64,000 bases of DNA from positions 5,456,001 through 5,520,000 of the forward strand of contig OZ024751.1 in assembly GCA_964016885.1 (NCBI GenBank). Reading direction: 5' to 3'. The notes under the pieces are model-generated. The model did no database searches. It was given only the letters and a program-made list of their open reading frames with translations, and was not told the DNA's origin. This DNA comes from Eledone cirrhosa (taxonomy: Eukaryota). A program made the translations under genes and the position numbers. Positions 54,568 to 64,000 of this stretch are shown in pieces (within the stretch, counting starts at the first letter, position 1; every line of letters starts with the position of its first letter).

Positions 54568-54791
54568 CATTCATTTGATTTATTGATTTATTGATTTTTT
54601 ATCTGAGTGTCCCGAATCTTCCAGATCGCAATCTTTCGGTCGTATGGTTGATTATAGACTTGTTCTATGTGTGACGGTATTTTAACGATAGTTATAGCTC
54701 TGATTTATCTAAATTATTGAGCCCTCTGCCGCTCATATCGAATTTTGTTTATCGTGAACTCGAGCGCCGATTTTTCGATACTCGATTATTC

Positions 54792-54880
<89 letters not shown>

Positions 54881-55009
54881 TAAATCTACCAAGAGTTTAC
54901 GGTAGTGTCCAATCCGTATGAAGAACTCAATGTAATCCGGATATCATGGAAAGAAGAGATGCATTCAAAAATCACTTTCGGTGAAAGATAAACGGAATAC
55001 AGAGTCAAG

Positions 55010-55324
55010 ATAAAGTATTAAAAAAATAATGAATAAAACAATGAAACAGTTCCTTATATTAAACAAAAAAAGTTCATTATTTAACGATCGTTTCTAGGAC
55101 ATTTATGTGTTAGAATTGGCATGCATATTCAACAGATCTATGTACAAAATTATACAAAATTATACAAACTATCAAGTATAATTTTGTATAATTTTGTACA
55201 TAGATCTGTTGAATATGCATGCCAATTCTAACACATATATCTCCTAGAAACGATCGTTAAATAATGAACTTTTTTTGTTTAATATAAGGAACTGTTTCAT
55301 TGTTTTATTCATTATTTTTTTAAA

Positions 55325-55331
<7 letters not shown>
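55010..55331. repeat. Near-perfect ~320-bp palindrome
   Basis: ~155-bp arms, 10-nt loop AAACTATCAA at 55166-55175. Confidence 0.95.
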
Positions 55332-55367
<36 letters not shown>

Positions 55368-55439
55368 GTATATATATAAATATATATATATATATATTTA
55401 TATATATGTATATATGTATATGTATATATATATAAAAAG

Positions 55440-56990
55440 AGAAAACACAGGTAAGCATTGAAAAAAGATTTTATCCAGGTATTTACGACTGTTTCATTGG
55501 TAAGTGCAACCTTATATTGCTATACTGCAAATAGCAGCCACTCGATAATAATTGTTGAAAACGTCCAAATTTTCAAAATAGTGAGTAAGTTACTCTTAAC
55601 AAGTTCTTAATATATAGAAAAACATTTTTTTGGAATTGTATTTACTAGTATAGAGAGAGAGGAAGAGGAATTAGAAAGTGGAGGGACACATGGAATAGTA
55701 TAGAGAGAGAGAGAAAGGGGTTGAAGATTTAGGAAGTAGAGTGACAAACTGAGATGGAGGCAGGGGTAGAGGTGGAAGGATTCCTTGATCAGTTTTGATA
55801 CGTAGACTTCATGTCGTCGATTTATAGTGTAGTGAGTTAAAGAGAATTAAATTGTTTATAGTGGGAGGGATGGAGAGATAGAGAGATAAGTATATATTTG
55901 AAAAATAAAAATAAAAATAAAGAAGGGGAAGGGAGAAAGAAGAAAAGAAAAGATAGCCAAAAATGGGAGAGAAGGAAGGATGAAAACGAAAAGAAATAGA
56001 AAAGGAATGAACGAGAAGGGAGGGATATAGGTATTGGTTTTTGTGGGTAATTAAAGGGGTTAGATACAATAAGAGGGTAGAAAGTATAAGTATATGCAGT
56101 TTGTCAGGTGGTAGTAAGAAGTTAAGGGTTCGATTTGCACTTGTAGTGCGAACACTTTTCTTTGAGTCTATGGTTACAATAAATAGATCTTTCGATTTTA
56201 TTGTTGAGTAACTTATTCTTCGAACTCAAAATGTGGAACAGCTCAAGGTCACATGATCGACAGCTTCTCATACCACTCCGATATGGGGCGCGTTCGATAA
56301 TTCTTTTCACTTCAGTGTGTATTGATGGTTACTTTCCCTCAGTTGCCAGGTCTTGTTTGCAAGGGTAGTGACATAACGATGCTGGGAATGTTTCATTGCG
56401 TAACGGTGTGTATACCAACGAGCTTTAAATGTATTCCGAGTCGCTCCGATGTAATACCATTTCTGGTTGTCTGATTCTACTGTGCATTGGTAAACCAGGT
56501 TAGACTGCATACATTCATTATGTAATGGACAGATTCCAGGTAGGTGGCAGTTACAATTCTTGTCATGGGCAACTTTGGCATTATTGGTGGGCTGCGATGC
56601 CTGTACAAGTGTGTTACGTTTTGTTTGCCTATTGGTGGGTGGTTGTGTATTAGATATTCTGTTGTGTTCAATGGTGATTGTTATTGTTATTGTTATAAAT
56701 TTGTGTTCTGGTGTTGTTATGTATCTTTTTAGCGTTAAGGATCTTAATGTGTGCTTCTATGTTTGGTGCCGTGGAGTAAGATAGTCTAATAGATTTAGTG
56801 TTAAGGATTTTGATGTATCTATGTGAATCTGGAAAGTGCTTATATATTATTCTAAAGAAGCTAGAGGGTATGTTAGTACTAATAGAGGTGTTAACTATGC
56901 GTTTATACCAAATATATTTTCTACTGCGTGACTTGTTTGATTTCGATGTTGTATTTCTATTTACAGTATAATTCGTAGTTCTATGCGTAA
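55440..56990 (-). mobile_element. 5'-truncated, degraded PLE (GIY-YIG plus 3' UTR)
   Basis: RKYIWY..KHFPDSH..IRLSYST, CNCHLPGICPL..C, LVY..YYIG..FKARWYTH, CRSC..E, LLN..CNH. Confidence 0.85.
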
Positions 56991-57444
56991 ATGCGCATAT
57001 ATATATATATATATATATATAAACACCACACACACACGTGCGTACCACCACATATTTACACATTCAGCCTCCGGAATCCTCTCCCCCTACCCCTCTATCC
57101 ACACACGCACACACACTCCGACCTACACCCCACCCCACACGCACCTCTTCCTGAACATGCAACCCCGTTCTTCCCCCATCTCTTACTTTCACATACACAC
57201 ACACACCACCTTCAGCCCTCCCCGCTCGGACACCCCGCCTCCCTCTCCCCACTCCACCCGCCACCACCCCTACACGCCCCACACCCTTCCACCACCTGTT
57301 TTACTCCATGTGTATTTTAAATTTTATTTTGATCATGCCTTTATATTTAATTTCATTTGTACCGTTTCCTCTCACCCCCTTTTTTCTATATGTCTCTCCA
57401 CCACTCCCCTACACACCCTTGGAACTCTCTTCCCACACACTTTT

Positions 57445-57478
57445 CACTTGAAGAAGGGCTTATGCCCGAAACGACGTT
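57445..57478 (+). ncRNA. Degenerate minimal hammerhead-like motif in a pseudo-LTR-like fragment (~57020-57570)
   Basis: TTGAAGA-a-GGGC-ttat-GCCC-GAAAC. Confidence 0.5.
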
Positions 57479-57563
57479 CCCCACCACCACCCCACTCTCA
57501 AGAGCGTGAAACTAATAAACCTTTGTTCGTACTGCCTCCCTGTTTTGTTCCCGTTCAACTTTT

Positions 57564-57638
<75 letters not shown>

Positions 57639-57711
57639 GAAGTTATATTTAATTTGTTGGGATTCAACAAGCTTTAAAGTTTTATAACTTATATAAAGCA
57701 CTCAAACAGAT

Positions 57712-57831
57712 TATTGGAGTAAATATTCAGTTTATTAATAAATGGAAACTATATCAGATAAAATACAAAATATGTTTTATAAATGGAAAATAATTGTGAT
57801 TTTATAAATATAGTTTCCATTTATTAATAAA

Positions 57832-57895
<64 letters not shown>

Positions 57896-57990
57896 TTTAT
57901 TAATAAATGGAAACTATATTTATAAAACATATTTTGTATTTTATCTGATATAGTTTCCATTTATTAATAAACTGAATATTTACTCCAATA
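57712..57990. repeat. Nested palindrome centred on (TA)n
   Basis: Arms are reverse complements of each other and each arm is self-complementary; resembles the PLE terminus at 19820-19880. Confidence 0.85.
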
Positions 57991-58303
57991 TACAGGAAGG
58001 TATACGATGCTGACGATAGCTAATAAGCTTGAAATTAGTACATCGTTCCTGTGTCAGTGTTGAACAAAAAGATGACGTGGTTGCCTAAACACTGTACGGC
58101 GTAATTCGGGCTGTTTGTTTGTTTACAAACAAACCGAACATTATAATAAATGTTCGGTAAACCGATACGTGCATATATATATATATATGTGTGCATGTAT
58201 GTATATATATATACATACTACTGTACGTTTGTATACATATATGTATGTACGTATACATACATACTTTCATATATATATACACACACACACACATATATAT
58301 ATA

Positions 58304-58361
<58 letters not shown>

Positions 58362-58379
58362 CATATATATATAACGAAG

Positions 58380-62075
<3,696 letters not shown>

Positions 62076-62087
62076 TTATATATACAT

Positions 62088-63226
62088 ATATATAAAATTG
62101 TAAGTTTCAAGAATTATTAGATAAAATATATACTGTCTTTCCTGCCTAGTCCGTAGAAATCAACCACATAAATAATCATTTAAACGAGGCTATAAGTTGA
62201 AAATGTAACTATGAAGAAATAATAGACAAATGATACAGACTATCTTCCGCGAGGGACAGCCAGATAAAATTTATCTAGTCATTCCTTTTAGGCCGTAGAA
62301 ATTGAGTAGACAAATAATCAATTAAACGGAGATAGGTCTAAAATATAAGTTGGAAGAAAATATGCATATAAACTTTACCAAAATTCCTCTAGTCACGACT
62401 GCCGACAGCTTCGCTCCCTTATTGGATATATATCCGATCCCGGATCTATCCACGAGGCCTGGAGCTCATCAAGAGACACCTTGAGTTTGGGCTAAAATTT
62501 CTACCGTGATCCCCGCCAGAAATGAATTCAAAGATGGCTAAGAATCATCACGTGGCTACCGGTCAAGGCAGAATATTGTGAACCGCCGCCATGCGGCGTG
62601 TAGGTTGGTTGCTAGAAAGCGCAGCCAGATACTGCCTAAAGTGTTACTCTACCGTACTGGAGTATATATTAAATTCATAGGGATATATGTATATATTTAG
62701 ACATAGTCACAGATACATATATGAGTGGAGCACCTTTCACGGTGTGACTCAATGAAAGAATTAATTAATTGTTTTTACTATTGGCACAAGGCCAGCAAAT
62801 ACCCAGTACATTACTGGTACTTTATTTTATCGACCCCGTAAGGACGAAAGGCAAAGTTAACCTCGACGGGATTTGAACTTAGACCGTAAAGGGACCTAAC
62901 TATGCTAGAAAGCATGGTGTCCAACCCTCTACCGATTAATTAATGATACATAGTCTGTATCATTTGTCTATTATTTCTTCATAGTTACATTTTAAACTTT
63001 TAGCCTCGTTTAAATGATTATTTATCTGGTAGATTTATACGGACTAGCGAGAGGAAATACTGTATATATTTTATCTAATAATTCTTCAAACTTACAATTT
63101 TATATATAGCTCTGATTAAGAATTATTTGCTAAATTAATTCTTTTATTGAGCCACATCATGAAAGGTAGCTACACTCATATATGTATCTGCGACTATGTC
63201 TAAATATATGCATATATCCCTATGAA

Positions 63227-63240
<14 letters not shown>
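62088..63240. repeat. Two interleaved inverted-repeat pairs (unclassified element)
   Basis: 62088-62243 vs 62950-63107; 62663-62768 vs 63133-63240. Confidence 0.8.
62770..62934 (-). mobile_element. SINE S1 copy
   Basis: Homolog of S1; TSD ATTAATTAAT at 62760-62769 and 62935-62944. Confidence 0.88.
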
Positions 63241-63286
<46 letters not shown>

Positions 63287-64000
63287 GGGATAACAGGTTA
63301 TCTTTATAGGCAGTCCACTTAGATGTAGTCCAGTTAATGTACCCTATAGCAGTTTTCACATGTGAATTTCATACATCTGTATCATATCAGTTCGTTTAAC
63401 ATGCTAGATTCATCATTATACTCTATTTCTTACTTATATTGATGTTATTATTTTAACTATTCAGTATCTAGTTATTTTATTATTGATATTATTGTTCTGG
63501 TTTAATACCACTCCTCTATAAAAGCCATGCCTTGTGTATCTTCTTCACTTTCGCGTGCTCTGATTAAAACGACTGGTTATAAACAAAGTATTGGAGATCG
63601 ATTGATGCAAAATCAGGCGAGTAGCGAATTCTAGACCTACCAGATCAAAGAAACAATTGTCAGCAATGTGAATAAAGTGCTTATTGTATAACAAACCATG
63701 TCACTCTTCTTTCTTGAATTATTATATATATATATATATATACACGTTTAAATTTGGTGGTTTACCACTGGGTAGAACTGGTCATTTTGCAATGTTAACC
63801 GTGACGTAATATGAGAAAAGCACTCGACGCTATGCAACTCATCCATCTTCAATCTTGAATCATGTTGGTGGTGCGGGAACGGAGTAAATGTATTATAAAC
63901 TGAAATAACAGGAGGCCAAATATGTGGAATTTCCTTAATATTATATTACTGTAAACACTATGCACATTTCAATGGCCAGGTTGCCTAAGAACCCGGTAAC

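Noticed and set aside
56122-56510. In-frame TGA as selenocysteine, as reported for some Naiad PLEs
   Set aside because: The TGA falls at a conserved Trp position next to a frameshift; no TGA was seen at the conserved Cys positions of the PLE copies here

Overview
AT-rich, microsatellite-dense animal DNA. It looks cephalopod (Octopus-like) from the SINE and repeat repertoire, which is inference. No intact host gene, rRNA, tRNA or CRISPR is supportable. The window is mostly nested mobile DNA: R4/Dong-like RLE LINEs beside (TATG)n, a Tx1/L1-clade LINE and a tRNA-derived SINE that share a 3' tail, and RTE fragments, one with a 5' inversion and 11-bp TSD. It also holds several Penelope-like elements (Naiad-like RT/GIY-YIG) with inverted pseudo-LTRs and hammerhead-like motifs, and Helitron pieces interwoven with an unclassified inverted repeat. 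The dominant feature is a ~13.1-kb array of a 30-bp unit (35.3-48.5 kb) with two subfamilies, higher-order periodicity, internal dyads, 10-bp TA phasing and a long-open reading frame on the minus strand. Coordinates were read by eye; element edges are approximate unless a TSD is given.
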